DNA from: an uncultured delta proteobacterium
Lineage (GTDB): Bacteria > Desulfobacterota > Desulfomonilia > Desulfomonilales > Desulfomonilaceae
Reading direction: 5' to 3'
Length of the DNA: 64,000 nucleotides
Assembly: GCA_963789265.1 (NCBI GenBank)
Contig: CAWBKB010000001.1
Location: forward strand, 2,240,001-2,304,000
The notes under the pieces were generated by a model that was not told where the DNA came from, did not search any database, and worked only from the letters and a program-made list of their open reading frames with translations. Of the stretch, positions 8,777-18,216 are shown piece after piece; the first letter of the stretch is position 1, and each line of letters starts with the position of its first letter. The position numbers and the translations under genes are program-made.

Positions 8777-9640
8777 TTAGCGCAATTTCGCGTAGTCTTC
8801 GACAAAAAGCTTTACGGCGTTAAGTACCTTGATAGCGTCTTTGTCATCGTAATCAACTCTGACATGAATAGTGTCGTCTCTCCATGCCATTCTTACGCCA
8901 TTCAAGAATCCATGAGTAATTTTGCGTCGGTCTTTCTTGGCTCGTACTTTTGGCGGATCAATTTGTTCGTGTTCAAGTTTTTTATTAATTTCACCCAAGA
9001 TTATGCCCCATGCCTTTTTGTCAAAAATCCTAGGAGTTACTTTTAGTTTGCGAGCAAATTTACGTAGAACTACTTCTAGGATTCGCATCATGTGAAAGAC
9101 GGAAGCCGTATACCTCCCAACTGCAAAGCAATTCCCGGCTTCTTCGGCATCTTTCCTCAATTCGGGAAATTTGCTCAAAACCTCTTCGCCGAGGAACGTA
9201 CCTTCCATTTCATAAAAGCCTGAACCTGTAGGGTAAAGCATCAACATGGTTCTATTATCAATCTCGTGCAAAACGCCCTGAATTAATGAATCTAGCCTTC
9301 CCCGGATTTCATCATAGTGCTGCTTTTCGACGTTTTGATTACATAAATAGTTGATATGTTCCACCAAAACGTCTGCATTACTCGCGGAGTTGGTTAGGCC
9401 CGATGTTGCCGCCCTAAATCCCAACTCTTGTATTTCTAACAGTATTTCGGCCAAATCAACCGAGTAATCCGGGTGCATCAGGGCGTTAATGATCCCAGCG
9501 CAATGCGCCAAATTAGAGCAAATCCTAACGAAATTTCTTGCATAAAATCTCAAGATGTCCCACAAGCTCACAACCTGGAATGGGTGAAACGGGTCTTTCA
9601 AAGAAGACTTGTCTCTTAATAGCCGAAAGGTTAAATTCAT
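8777..9640 (-). CDS. HEPN-like (DUF4145-type) protein (IS passenger)
   Basis: C-terminal EEAGNCFAVGRYTASVFHMMRILE helix followed by the Rx4H motif WRDDTIH; RBS GGGGAG before ATG 9640. Confidence 0.65.
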   Translation of the reverse strand: MNLTFRLLRDKSSLKDPFHPFQVVSLWDILRFYARNFVRICSNLAHCAGIINALMHPDYSVDLAEILLEIQELGFRAATSGLTNSASNADVLVEHINYLCNQNVEKQHYDEIRGRLDSLIQGVLHEIDNRTMLMLYPTGSGFYEMEGTFLGEEVLSKFPELRKDAEEAGNCFAVGRYTASVFHMMRILEVVLRKFARKLKVTPRIFDKKAWGIILGEINKKLEHEQIDPPKVRAKKDRRKITHGFLNGVRMAWRDDTIHVRVDYDDKDAIKVLNAVKLFVEDYAKLR

Positions 9641-9906
9641 CTTACTCCCCCTCTCTGGGTTTGGCAAGTATAATATCGCCTTAGAAAAGGGGGACTTTGA
9701 TCGCCCTCGGCCTGCATGGACCTCTTCTAAAGGAATGAAATTGCCTTAAGGTAACGCCTATGGACCTTATCGCACGCTCCGGTGAGCGACGTGGAATTGA
9801 ACAAGCTATCTTTTATCTCTGCGTTCTCGGCAGACTCTGCGGTGAACCTGATATCCGGCGAAAAGTCATTCGGCACATAGACTTAGTCAACCGCATGCCA
9901 AATTGC

Positions 9907-11693
9907 TCAGAAAGCACCATCGGGCAAGTCAACGACTTCGCGGGACGGCTTGTTGCAGGTCTCCAAGCGAGCGTTCAGGTACCAGGCAATGTAATCTCTG
10001 CGAAGTACGTCGCTTGCATAACTTTGCCGAGGTAGAAATCTTGCTTATCGCCTTCGTCGATTTTTCTCTGTGCAGCCACGGCCAGGTCCAGGAGACGCCA
10101 TATCATGATTGCGTCGCCATAGCACAAGAGCGCCGGATGCGTCTTCGATCCCCACTGGAGAACGTCGGTTTGAATGATATTCGCCATTGCAAGCGTCATC
10201 TCCTGCAAGCCTACTGTGGCATCCCCCAAAGAACGGACATGATCTCCAAGCACCGGGTGATCCGAGTATCTGGTGCAGAATGCTCGAAGTTCGCCAAGGA
10301 AAGCCTTTATGGGCGCACCCCCGTCCTTGATCAACTTTCGCCCCATGAGATCCATAGACATAATGCCGTTTGTTCCCTCGTACAGGGATAGGATTTTGGC
10401 GTCTCTCATGTATTGTTCCAGAGGATAATCCCTGGTAAAGCCATATCCGCCTAGGCATTGGATTGCATATTCACAAACCTTGAAGCCGGTTTCGGAGGCA
10501 TAAGCCTTAATAATGGGCGTTATGAACTCCACAAGGGCATTGTAACGCAACCTCTCCCTCTCATCTTCCGATTCTTCGGATAGATCCAGCCAATAACCCG
10601 CGGTATAGGCCATCGATCGCATGCCGTCCACCGCAGCCTTCATCCAGAGGAGCATTCGGCGAACGTCCGGATGATCTATGATGGGAACCTCTCCCGATTT
10701 CCTACGAGCGAGATCATGTCCCTGAATCCTTTCCTTTGTATAAGCGAGGGCATTCAGGTACGCGGTTGCCGCAATCCCGATTCCGCCCACGCCCACGTTG
10801 ATGCGAGCACTATTCATCATTTGGAACATGTGAGCGAGACCTTTGTTGGCCTCCCCGCACAAGTAGCCAATGCAGCCGTCATTGTCCCCAAAGTTGAGAA
10901 CGCAGGTGGGGGAAGCGTGCAGGCCCATCTTCTGTTCCACTCCGACGCAAACTACGTCATTCGGTTCCCCCAAAGAACCGTCATCCCGCACTCTTATTTT
11001 CGGAACAACAAACAGCGAGATCCCTTTCGTCCCGGCAGGTGCGCCCTCTAGTCGGGCCAAAGCCAAGTGGATAACGTTTTCGGTGAGATCGTGATCCCCC
11101 CACGTTATAAACATCTTGGTTCCTTTGATCCGGTAATGATCGCCCTCCGGAATCGCCTTTGTTCTGATGGCGCCCACATTTGAACCGGCCTGCGGTTCGG
11201 TGAGGCACATAGTTCCTGACCATTTGCCTGAATACATGTTGGCAACGTACCGGTCCCGAAGTTCTTTCGTGCCGAAACACTCAATCAGATGCCCGGCACC
11301 ATGGGTGAGACTCGGGGCCATGTGAAATGAGATGCAGGCGCCGTACATAAGATCGTTAATGACGATCCCCATCAGATGGGGAAAGCCCTGCCCCCCGTAC
11401 TCCGCATCGCTCGTAGGTGCGATCCAGCCATTTTCGCCATAAAGCCGAAAGGCATCCCGATAACCGGGGGCACAACAAACATTACTTGCCCCGAGAGTGC
11501 AGCCGTGCTTGTCACCAACCTCCTGGAGCGGTCCAACAACGCCACCGGCGAACTTGACCGCTTCTGCGACCAACATATCCAATGTCTCCACGTCAAGTTC
11601 GCGGAACCTGGGGAGTTTGCAAAGGTCCCCGTAGTTAAGCTGTTCATTAAGAATAAAGTAGATATCCCGCTCACTTACCTTGAAATGTGTCAT
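9907..11693 (-). CDS. Acyl-CoA dehydrogenase (long, ~600-aa type); 1-nt frameshift near 9978
   Basis: MCLTEPQAGS, KMGLHASPTC, GGYGFTRDYPLEQYMRDAKILSLYEGT. Adding one C restores ...TLNARLETCNKPSREVVDLPDGAF*. Confidence 0.9.
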
Positions 11694-11820
11694 CAGTCTT
11701 CTCCTCTAATTAGAGTCTTAGCCGTGTGTTCCTTATAGATCCACGATCGCGATGTCGGGCTGTTCAAGCATGGTTCAGTTGACAGGTCCGCCTGATATCA
11801 AGTATTTTCTACTTAACAGG

Positions 11821-11835
11821 GCAACTATCGTGCCA
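11821..11835 (-). promoter_or_regulatory. Sigma54 promoter upstream of the acyl-CoA dehydrogenase
   Basis: TGGCACGATAGTTGC, near-perfect consensus; palindrome TGTAGA-N6-TCTACA at 11936-11953 is a candidate UAS. Confidence 0.85.
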
Positions 11836-12144
11836 AAGGCTCGGACATAGACCGATGAGTCGGATGCCGGGCGTTTGCCTACTTATTTCTTGGCTGTAAC
11901 CCCGTTTGTGGATTTTCTTATTCATTGAGGCATTTTGTAGAGGAAGTTCTACACGCTTCGGGGCTGATCTCGCTAACTTGGCATAAGGACTGACGGCTAA
12001 GAAGTTGACAGCTTCCCTATGTATAAAATGATCTACGTATAGAATCTTCGACACAATTACCCGTGCTCCGGCGACCTAACCGGGAAAACCCCGGCTTGAG
12101 TCCACTCACTTTCACCTTATAAAGCAGCCATCCGTCATCTAACA

Positions 12145-12160
12145 AGCAATTTTCATGCCA
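12145..12160 (-). promoter_or_regulatory. Second, upstream sigma54 promoter
   Basis: TGGCATGAAAATTGCT (GG-N10-GC). Confidence 0.7.
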
Positions 12161-12285
12161 ATGCCAGGCAATGCTCTTGCCCTCTCACGCGGCGAGCTTT
12201 GTAGAGACAAGTTTGACTACGTCCTCGGATTTTTTGACAGATTGTAAAAATGGTTGAATTTGTAGGACGCGGCGAGCACTCCAAG

Positions 12286-12651
12286 CTAAGAAGGCGTCTC
12301 CTCGATTACGTCCACACGGTCGGAGTAAAAGGCCACGTAATTCTTGATGTCAGCCACGGATGGATATGGTGACTCGTAGCTCCAGACAGCGTTTTCCGCT
12401 GATCGGCCGTCTGCACTTATGCTGAAATAACTTGCATCGCCCTTGTAGGGGCAATGGGTGGAGTGGTTGGTACGCTTAAGCGCGGTGAGGTCAACGTCTT
12501 CCCGCGGGATGTACTGAACCGGGGGTAATGTCGCTTCCCGGAGTGTCAATACCGGCTTGCTGTCCGCAATGGTGCGGCCGTTAAAGGTTACCCGAATCCT
12601 GTTGGGGTTGCGTTCAATCGTTATCGGATGATCCGGACCTGGAATCTTCAT
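12286..12651 (-). CDS. DUF427 family protein
   Basis: MKIPGPDHPITIE...THCPYKGDASYFS...AVWSYESP...YVAFY. Confidence 0.85.
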   Translation of the reverse strand: MKIPGPDHPITIERNPNRIRVTFNGRTIADSKPVLTLREATLPPVQYIPREDVDLTALKRTNHSTHCPYKGDASYFSISADGRSAENAVWSYESPYPSVADIKNYVAFYSDRVDVIEETPS

Positions 12652-12852
12652 TTTTGTCTCCTGTTGGCGCGAGCTCACCGCCGCGATTAATTCTTCGGAA
12701 CGTATGGGCCATAACGAGGATGGATACGATGTGGTCTGATTCCGGACGCAATCCATCGCTCCCCTGCCCCGCTACACTCTTTATGAAATATGGAGACGGC
12801 ATGCGCATCACGCAAGATAGTTGCAGGCTCGATGTGCGGCTGGGCAGGCAGT

Positions 12853-12927
12853 TCACGCAAGAAGAGACGTCTGAACCATGTCGCAGGCGTCAAGGATGTC
12901 ATTCAACTAGAGGTATACACGCCGCAT
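12853..12927 (-). pseudogene. Remnant of a HepT/DUF86-like toxin N-terminus
   Basis: MRRVYL*LNDILDACD overlaps the end of the MNT gene; in-frame stop and truncation. Confidence 0.5.
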
Positions 12928-13225
12928 ATCGTACTCGTGCCGTGGCCAGATCGTGGTCACGAATAACCGGCTTCAGACCGTCTTTGGGGACTAGATCAGC
13001 TTTGCGGCCCAGGAGGGCTTCCAGTTCGCACTGCATTCGGGCCAGAGTCACAAAAGTGACTCGTGCTTCTGGTTGGAAGCTTACCAACATATCTACGTCA
13101 CTCTCAGAATCGCTATCCGAGCGCAGCATGGACCCGAACAGCGCTAGCTCCCGCACCTGGTATTGACGGCAGGCGCTTGCGAGCTCTTCCATAGGAATGT
13201 GAAAAGACGCCACTTCGTTCATCAT
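12899..13225 (-). CDS. Minimal nucleotidyltransferase (MNT-type antitoxin)
   Basis: LALFGSMLRSD...SDVDMLV (GSx10DxD), ELEALLGRKADLV. Confidence 0.8.
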   Translation of the reverse strand: MMNEVASFHIPMEELASACRQYQVRELALFGSMLRSDSDSESDVDMLVSFQPEARVTFVTLARMQCELEALLGRKADLVPKDGLKPVIRDHDLATARVRYAACIPLVE

Positions 13226-13421
13226 TTTTCCGGTCTGAAAACCTTCCTGCGTGCTACCGCAAAGTAATGTACAGGCCGGTAAAACCCGGGAACAGCATAC
13301 CAGATTGGGGACGACCAGCCAATTGAGTAAGCTGTCCCCAGATTTTTTGCGCTGTTCATTCCACTCTGGCTGGAATTGCTTTTGTTCCATCGTTTGCCCT
13401 TCAGGCGGCGCCACCGTACCT

Positions 13422-13703
13422 TCAGTAGACTTCATCGTGGGTGCCCACCGTCTGGAAGAGAATAGCCTCCGAGCCCTTGTAATCTACCATCTCAAACACA
13501 ATTCTCAAATCGTAGCCTACACTTGCGGCCCATGCCCCTTCGAGGTCCCCCTTGCGCTTATGGGTCTTCAACTTGGGATGCAGCGGATCTTCTGATAACA
13601 ATTCCAAAGCGGCTTGGAGGTCTTCGGCCACGCCGGAACGTTTCTTGAGAAGGCGCTTGGCAGCGCGAACAAAAGCACTGGAGCGTATCAGCGTACGCTT
13701 CAC
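13422..13703 (-). CDS. RelE/YafQ-like type II toxin
   Basis: 93 aa basic protein; LHPKLKTHK.KGDL.G.W...VGYDLRIVF...VGTHDEVY. Confidence 0.85.
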   Translation of the reverse strand: MKRTLIRSSAFVRAAKRLLKKRSGVAEDLQAALELLSEDPLHPKLKTHKRKGDLEGAWAASVGYDLRIVFEMVDYKGSEAILFQTVGTHDEVY

Positions 13704-13915
13704 GACCGTATCTCTTTCATGAGATCTTCGACCGTGGTCGGATCACACTGACCTTGCGCAAACTCCTCACGGGACTCCAGAATATCTTGAGCCAACCTCT
13801 TTCGGCCCTGCTCGGCCAGACGGCGCCGGACGATAAGGACCAAGGTCTCTTGTTCGTCCGCAGATAACTTGTCCACTGCCTCCAGCACTTCTCCGAAGCA
13901 TGCTGTATTTTCCGT
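13700..13915 (-). CDS. Cognate antitoxin of the RelE-like toxin (apparent ACG start)
   Basis: FGEVLEAVDKLSADEQETLV.IVRRRL.EQ.RKRLA..I.ESREEF; 4-nt overlap with the toxin; RBS AGGAGG followed by ACG at 13915. Confidence 0.65.
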   Translation of the reverse strand, partial: TENTACFGEVLEAVDKLSADEQETLVLIVRRRLAEQGRKRLAQDILESREEFAQGQCDPTTVEDLMKEIRS

Positions 13916-14344
13916 GACTCCCCTCCTGTGCGGCAGGCCCCGGTAGCTTTCCGTGGCCCATGTTTGACTGTCTCTTGACGATTTCCCCATCTCCTCAGTC
14001 TCGTTCAGTCGATGCATACAGAGAAGTCGAGACCAACGTTGTACTCACATGGATCATTGCCATTCTAACTGTGGCGAAAGAACGTGTCGGTGTCAAGCAG
14101 AAGAAGGACTTGTGGTGCCGATTGCAGCCATATGAACGAAGCACCCGGTGCAGTAACATCACGAATTACAAACGGAACCCCGATTGCTTCCAGCCAAGCT
14201 GCTTTCATTTTCGTTTGTCACTCGTTACGTTTTCTGACTTGTTTTTGGATAGTTTCCACATAAACTCGCATTGGTCTCATGCTTCGAGCTCCTCACACAC
14301 TCGCTGTTAGTCTTATTGCCCGGAATCGTCACATTCGACCCGAT

Positions 14345-15184
14345 TCAACGATCTGTTCCCCGCACGTTGCTAAGTGCGATAAGCTGGCCCACGCTTCGGC
14401 AATCGCTCGTTTTCGACTTTACGCGAGGCTTGTCCTGTCCACGTATCTCGGACAGAGCACGGCATTTAAGTTCAGCGCCGACCGTCGAATTGTCTTCTGC
14501 GAGCAATCTCACTAGTGCAGCATCCTTGTCCTTTTGCTGCAACTTTGCTACCCACTTTGAAAGTTCTTTTCTAGTCAAAGGGTTAGAACTCTCGCTTTTC
14601 TCAGCGGCTGCGGAGATCAAGTCCGGGTCGATGCGCAAGAAGTCCGCTAGACTTCTGAGCGGCGCATTTAGCGAGCGAAGCCCTGACGGCACAGGCGGCT
14701 CGAGAGTGTCATCATCGAATTCCCCTGCCTGTACACCGAGCAGCCACCCGAAGTACAAACAACGGTAGTCGCCACCCATCAAATCCGCCCTCAACTGCAC
14801 CAGCGAGGCCATCCACCCCGCTCCTTCGATCCATTCGCTCTCCTCTTCCTCGGAGGAGAGGGTAAAAATGAGATTAGCTGCATGCTTTCGATAGTTGAAA
14901 CTGTCACAACCGCAATATTCTTTGGCGAGATCAAGATCGATTACATTTGCGGGTACACGCAGCATGAGAATCCGGATACCCCAGTTTGCCAGATAGAGAT
15001 GGGCATCAAAATATTTCTCCATCCAGTCGTTCGGATCGCCCTTCAAGTCGCCCCAGTTGTATTCGTTAACGAAGCTGTAGGGCGAGATGTCGGCCCGCGA
15101 TGAATAGGATCTCAGCTCGTCCATCTGCCTCTCTGTAAGTGGGCGATCAATGGCTCGGAACTCATAGTAATGGTACTCGCTCAT
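14345..15184 (-). CDS. Conserved hypothetical protein (MSEYHYYEF family), possibly C-terminally truncated
   Basis: 279-aa ORF with a recognisable conserved N-terminus and the YFDAHLYLANWG motif. Confidence 0.7.
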   Translation of the reverse strand: MSEYHYYEFRAIDRPLTERQMDELRSYSSRADISPYSFVNEYNWGDLKGDPNDWMEKYFDAHLYLANWGIRILMLRVPANVIDLDLAKEYCGCDSFNYRKHAANLIFTLSSEEEESEWIEGAGWMASLVQLRADLMGGDYRCLYFGWLLGVQAGEFDDDTLEPPVPSGLRSLNAPLRSLADFLRIDPDLISAAAEKSESSNPLTRKELSKWVAKLQQKDKDAALVRLLAEDNSTVGAELKCRALSEIRGQDKPRVKSKTSDCRSVGQLIALSNVRGTDR

Positions 15185-15275
15185 AAGTCACTTCTTGGTG
15201 TGTTAGTTCGTTTGAACAAAATTGGTCGACAAAACGGTCCGCGTCAAGGAAAAAAACCGTCACCAGTTGCTCGAA

Positions 15276-15821
15276 TCAGCTCATCCGCCTGGCACGGAAC
15301 TCAGCTTCGAGCTTCCAGGTCCTACCATCCGCTTGCAGCGCTTCCCCAAGCCAGTGGAATGTCTCGGCGGTGATTTCAGTGAACATCCAACGAGTCACCG
15401 TGCCGTTGGAACGAAGACCGATCTGAACGATATCCTCGTCGCTCGACCGCGCGATTTGTTCCTCGCGGTGATTTCTCGCGGGATTGGTCCATGTGATGCG
15501 CCAGGCTTGGATAGTCGGGTCCCAAACACGCAGCGTCGAGCCATAAGTAATTACCTTGCCGGAATCTCCGCTTTGTCCCGAATTTTGAGACACTATAAAG
15601 ACATCCTGCACCGCCCGTCCTTCGAGCACCCACCCGAAGTGAGCCTCTCCTTCTAAGGATTGCGAAGTAACGTCAAGGCCGTAGTAGTGACGAACATCCA
15701 GTGCCCAGCTTCCGATCAGCCTGCCGTACAGATCCTCTGATTCCGGGATCTCAGGCGACCGGCCTTCGGCCGCCAACGCAATCCAAAGTTCTGCACTTTG
15801 TCCCGCATTAATTGTATCCAT
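15276..15821 (-). CDS. Hypothetical protein (DUF1579-like beta-barrel)
   Basis: 181 aa; LIGSW, WVLEGRAVQD, RVWDP...WRITW, TFHWLGE. Confidence 0.6.
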   Translation of the reverse strand: MDTINAGQSAELWIALAAEGRSPEIPESEDLYGRLIGSWALDVRHYYGLDVTSQSLEGEAHFGWVLEGRAVQDVFIVSQNSGQSGDSGKVITYGSTLRVWDPTIQAWRITWTNPARNHREEQIARSSDEDIVQIGLRSNGTVTRWMFTEITAETFHWLGEALQADGRTWKLEAEFRARRMS

Positions 15822-15833
15822 CGCCAGTGCCTC

Positions 15834-16130
15834 CTATTGGGCGCCCGAGTCTTTCGAAAAGACCCAGCGGTTCCTCGGCTTGACTAACAGCGGAGTAAGC
15901 AGACGTACAGGTTCGGCATTCGCATATTCATCACGGGTGCGGTCTGCGGCCTCTCTGGTGGCCCATTCACTGACGACCAACAGATGCCCCTTTTCATCTT
16001 CGTCTCTGAGAATGAAATGAGATACGTAACCCTGAAAGCCCGTCATATCAGGCCAGATTCTGCGAGTGAGCGCAAGCCCTTCTTCCTCAGAGCCAGGCTT
16101 CAACCATGTTTCCCAAACTACAGTAGCCAT
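15834..16130 (-). CDS. Antibiotic biosynthesis monooxygenase (ABM) domain protein
   Basis: MATVVWETWLKPG.EE...GYVSH.ILRD...LLVVSEW. Confidence 0.75.
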   Translation of the reverse strand: MATVVWETWLKPGSEEEGLALTRRIWPDMTGFQGYVSHFILRDEDEKGHLLVVSEWATREAADRTRDEYANAEPVRLLTPLLVKPRNRWVFSKDSGAQ

Positions 16131-16309
16131 ACCGTATACTCCTTTCGAGAATGTTGTGCTCGCCTGATAACAATAAGACCGATTCGCCTCACACCAGTGA
16201 GCGATCAAACGGTGAACAATCAGGGAAATACAGCACGGATCTGACAGAGCCTCCCGCGGGACGCGGGATGGCACCCGGGCCGCTGAGCATCGAAAGCTAA
16301 GTCCCGTTG

Positions 16310-16490
16310 TCGTCATGCCAGCGTATGCGGGCACCGGTAGGACCGGCCTCCGTGCCGGTCATTCATTTGCCACCGGCGGGGTGGTGGGACAGGCGTCCCG
16401 CCTGTCGACGGGCAAGATGCCCGTCCCACTGCGCTACTCCCCGGATCGGAGTCCGGGGTGACGAATGGCGGGCAGGATGCCCACCCTACT
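16310..16490. repeat. Cluster of nested REP-like hairpins
   Basis: Family A halves enclose GGGACAGGCGTCCC and GGGCAAGATGCCC units; partly the reverse complement of 44585-44692. Confidence 0.8.
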
Positions 16491-16583
16491 GAAGAAGGCC
16501 CGTCGCCATAATGTCATTTGCGATATCGATCATTTCTCTCGAGAATTGATATGAGTAAGACGTAATCATCTCCTAATGCCCCA

Positions 16584-18158
16584 CTACGAATCTCCCCTGA
16601 TTGACAACCACGACACGAGAGCGCTTACCACGGAGAGTACCGCGGCCAGTAAAGCGATGAGGCGAAATCCGCTGACGAACGATTCCCGAATAGCGTGTCG
16701 GATTGTCCTCCGGGCTTCACCGCTCACATTGTCGGGAATTTTCGTGTTAACAAAGTTCGCGCTTTGTTTGACCAATTGCATTCGAACTTCAGAAGACACC
16801 GGGATCTCTCGCAGGCGTTCGCTCAAGCCTTTGTCAAAATTGTTCAGCATAAAGACCCCGAAAACCGCGACTGCGAGCAGAGCAGCGACACGGGAGACTG
16901 CATTGTTGATGCCGGAAGCAACTCCAGCGTGGCGGTCTTCAACCGCGCTCATCACCGTGGTCGTCAGGGGAGCGACACTCGCGGTCAATCCGATGCTCAT
17001 CACCATCACCGCAGGGAAGAAGCTCGTCCAATAACTACCCGCCTCTGCCCCGGGCAACGCGAACAGAGCAAATCCAGCGGCCGCGATGACAGGACCGATG
17101 ACCAACGGCAGTTTAGAGCCATAGTGCGCAACCAGGCCGCCTGCCCAACGCGAAAGTAGAAACATTGTGAACACGAATGGCAATAGAGCAGCACCCGCGG
17201 CTGCCGGACTGTAGCCTTGCACTTGGATAAGGTTGAACGGCAGGAAGAAGAGCAGCCCGTTTAGTGCTGTATAAAGAAACAGGGTCAAAAGATTTGCGCC
17301 CGCGAATGTTGGCGAGCCAAAGAATCCGAGGGGCATCATCGGTTCTTCGTTACGGGCCTCAGCGAAGATGAACCAGGAAAGCGCCGCAGCGCCAATAGCG
17401 AAACTTCCAATCAAGAATGGGGTGGCCAAGCCGCGCGAATTCGATTCGATCAGGCCGAAAACAATGCCGCCCAGCCCGATTGTCGCCAATATCGCACCCA
17501 GCCAGTCCAGACGCCCCTTAGCTTGCTCGTTGCGGCTCTCCGGGACGTGTTGCCATGCAATCAGCAACGCTACTGCTGCGAGCGGGACATTGATAAAGAA
17601 GATCCAGCGCCACGAAAAATGCTCGACGAGCCATCCGCCCAGGACAGGGCCAATCCCGACGGCAATCGCGGTGAATCCCGCCCATGTTCCGATGGCCTGC
17701 CCTCGCCTCTCTTTGCCGAAATTGGCACTGATGAGCGCTAGGCTTTCAGGCACGAGCAGCGCCGCGGCTACACCTTGTGCGCCTCGTGCGACAATGAGTT
17801 GACTAATGTTTGGCGCGAGGCCGCACCAGATTGAAGCCAGGGCGAAAAGCAGAACGCCCACCGAGAAGACACGCTTGCGGCCCAGATCGTCGCCCAGCGA
17901 CCCACCAACGAGAATCAATGACGCGAGCATAAGTGCGTAAGCTTCGACGATCCATTGGGCTTCGGCGACGGTTGCGCCCAGTTGGCTTTGCAGCACAGGC
18001 AGCGCGACATTGACCACAGTCCCATCAATGAACGTAATGCTGGAGCCGAGAATCGCCGCGGCAAGCACCCACTGTCCCACCTCCCGACCGCAATCCGTTA
18101 CCTCCGGTTGGCATCGCACAAGTGCTTCGTCGCATGGTTGTCGTGTGTTACCGAGCAC
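16584..18158 (-). CDS. MFS transporter, DHA2 (14-TMS) family
   Basis: IDGTVVNVALP, GSLGDDLGRKR motif A, many hydrophobic segments. Confidence 0.9.
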   Translation of the reverse strand: MLGNTRQPCDEALVRCQPEVTDCGREVGQWVLAAAILGSSITFIDGTVVNVALPVLQSQLGATVAEAQWIVEAYALMLASLILVGGSLGDDLGRKRVFSVGVLLFALASIWCGLAPNISQLIVARGAQGVAAALLVPESLALISANFGKERRGQAIGTWAGFTAIAVGIGPVLGGWLVEHFSWRWIFFINVPLAAVALLIAWQHVPESRNEQAKGRLDWLGAILATIGLGGIVFGLIESNSRGLATPFLIGSFAIGAAALSWFIFAEARNEEPMMPLGFFGSPTFAGANLLTLFLYTALNGLLFFLPFNLIQVQGYSPAAAGAALLPFVFTMFLLSRWAGGLVAHYGSKLPLVIGPVIAAAGFALFALPGAEAGSYWTSFFPAVMVMSIGLTASVAPLTTTVMSAVEDRHAGVASGINNAVSRVAALLAVAVFGVFMLNNFDKGLSERLREIPVSSEVRMQLVKQSANFVNTKIPDNVSGEARRTIRHAIRESFVSGFRLIALLAAVLSVVSALVSWLSIRGDS

Positions 18159-18216
18159 GTATCTGTCCGAGAATCACTATACTCAATTCGTTGGCCGATT
18201 GGTGATCGCGGTTACA

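Larger units (their letters stand above)
6809..9680 (-). mobile_element. Complete IS1595-family transposon with passenger genes (2,872 bp)
   Basis: Perfect 24-bp TIRs GGCGATATTATACTTGCCAAACCC (6809-6832, inverted at 9657-9680); 8-bp direct repeat TTAGAAAA (6801-6808, 9681-9688); internal DDE transposase. Confidence 0.95.

Noticed and set aside
12286..16130. Possible integron cassette array (short co-oriented genes and TA pairs)
   Set aside because: Only isolated TAAC/GTTA motifs; no convincing paired attC boxes and no integrase in the window.
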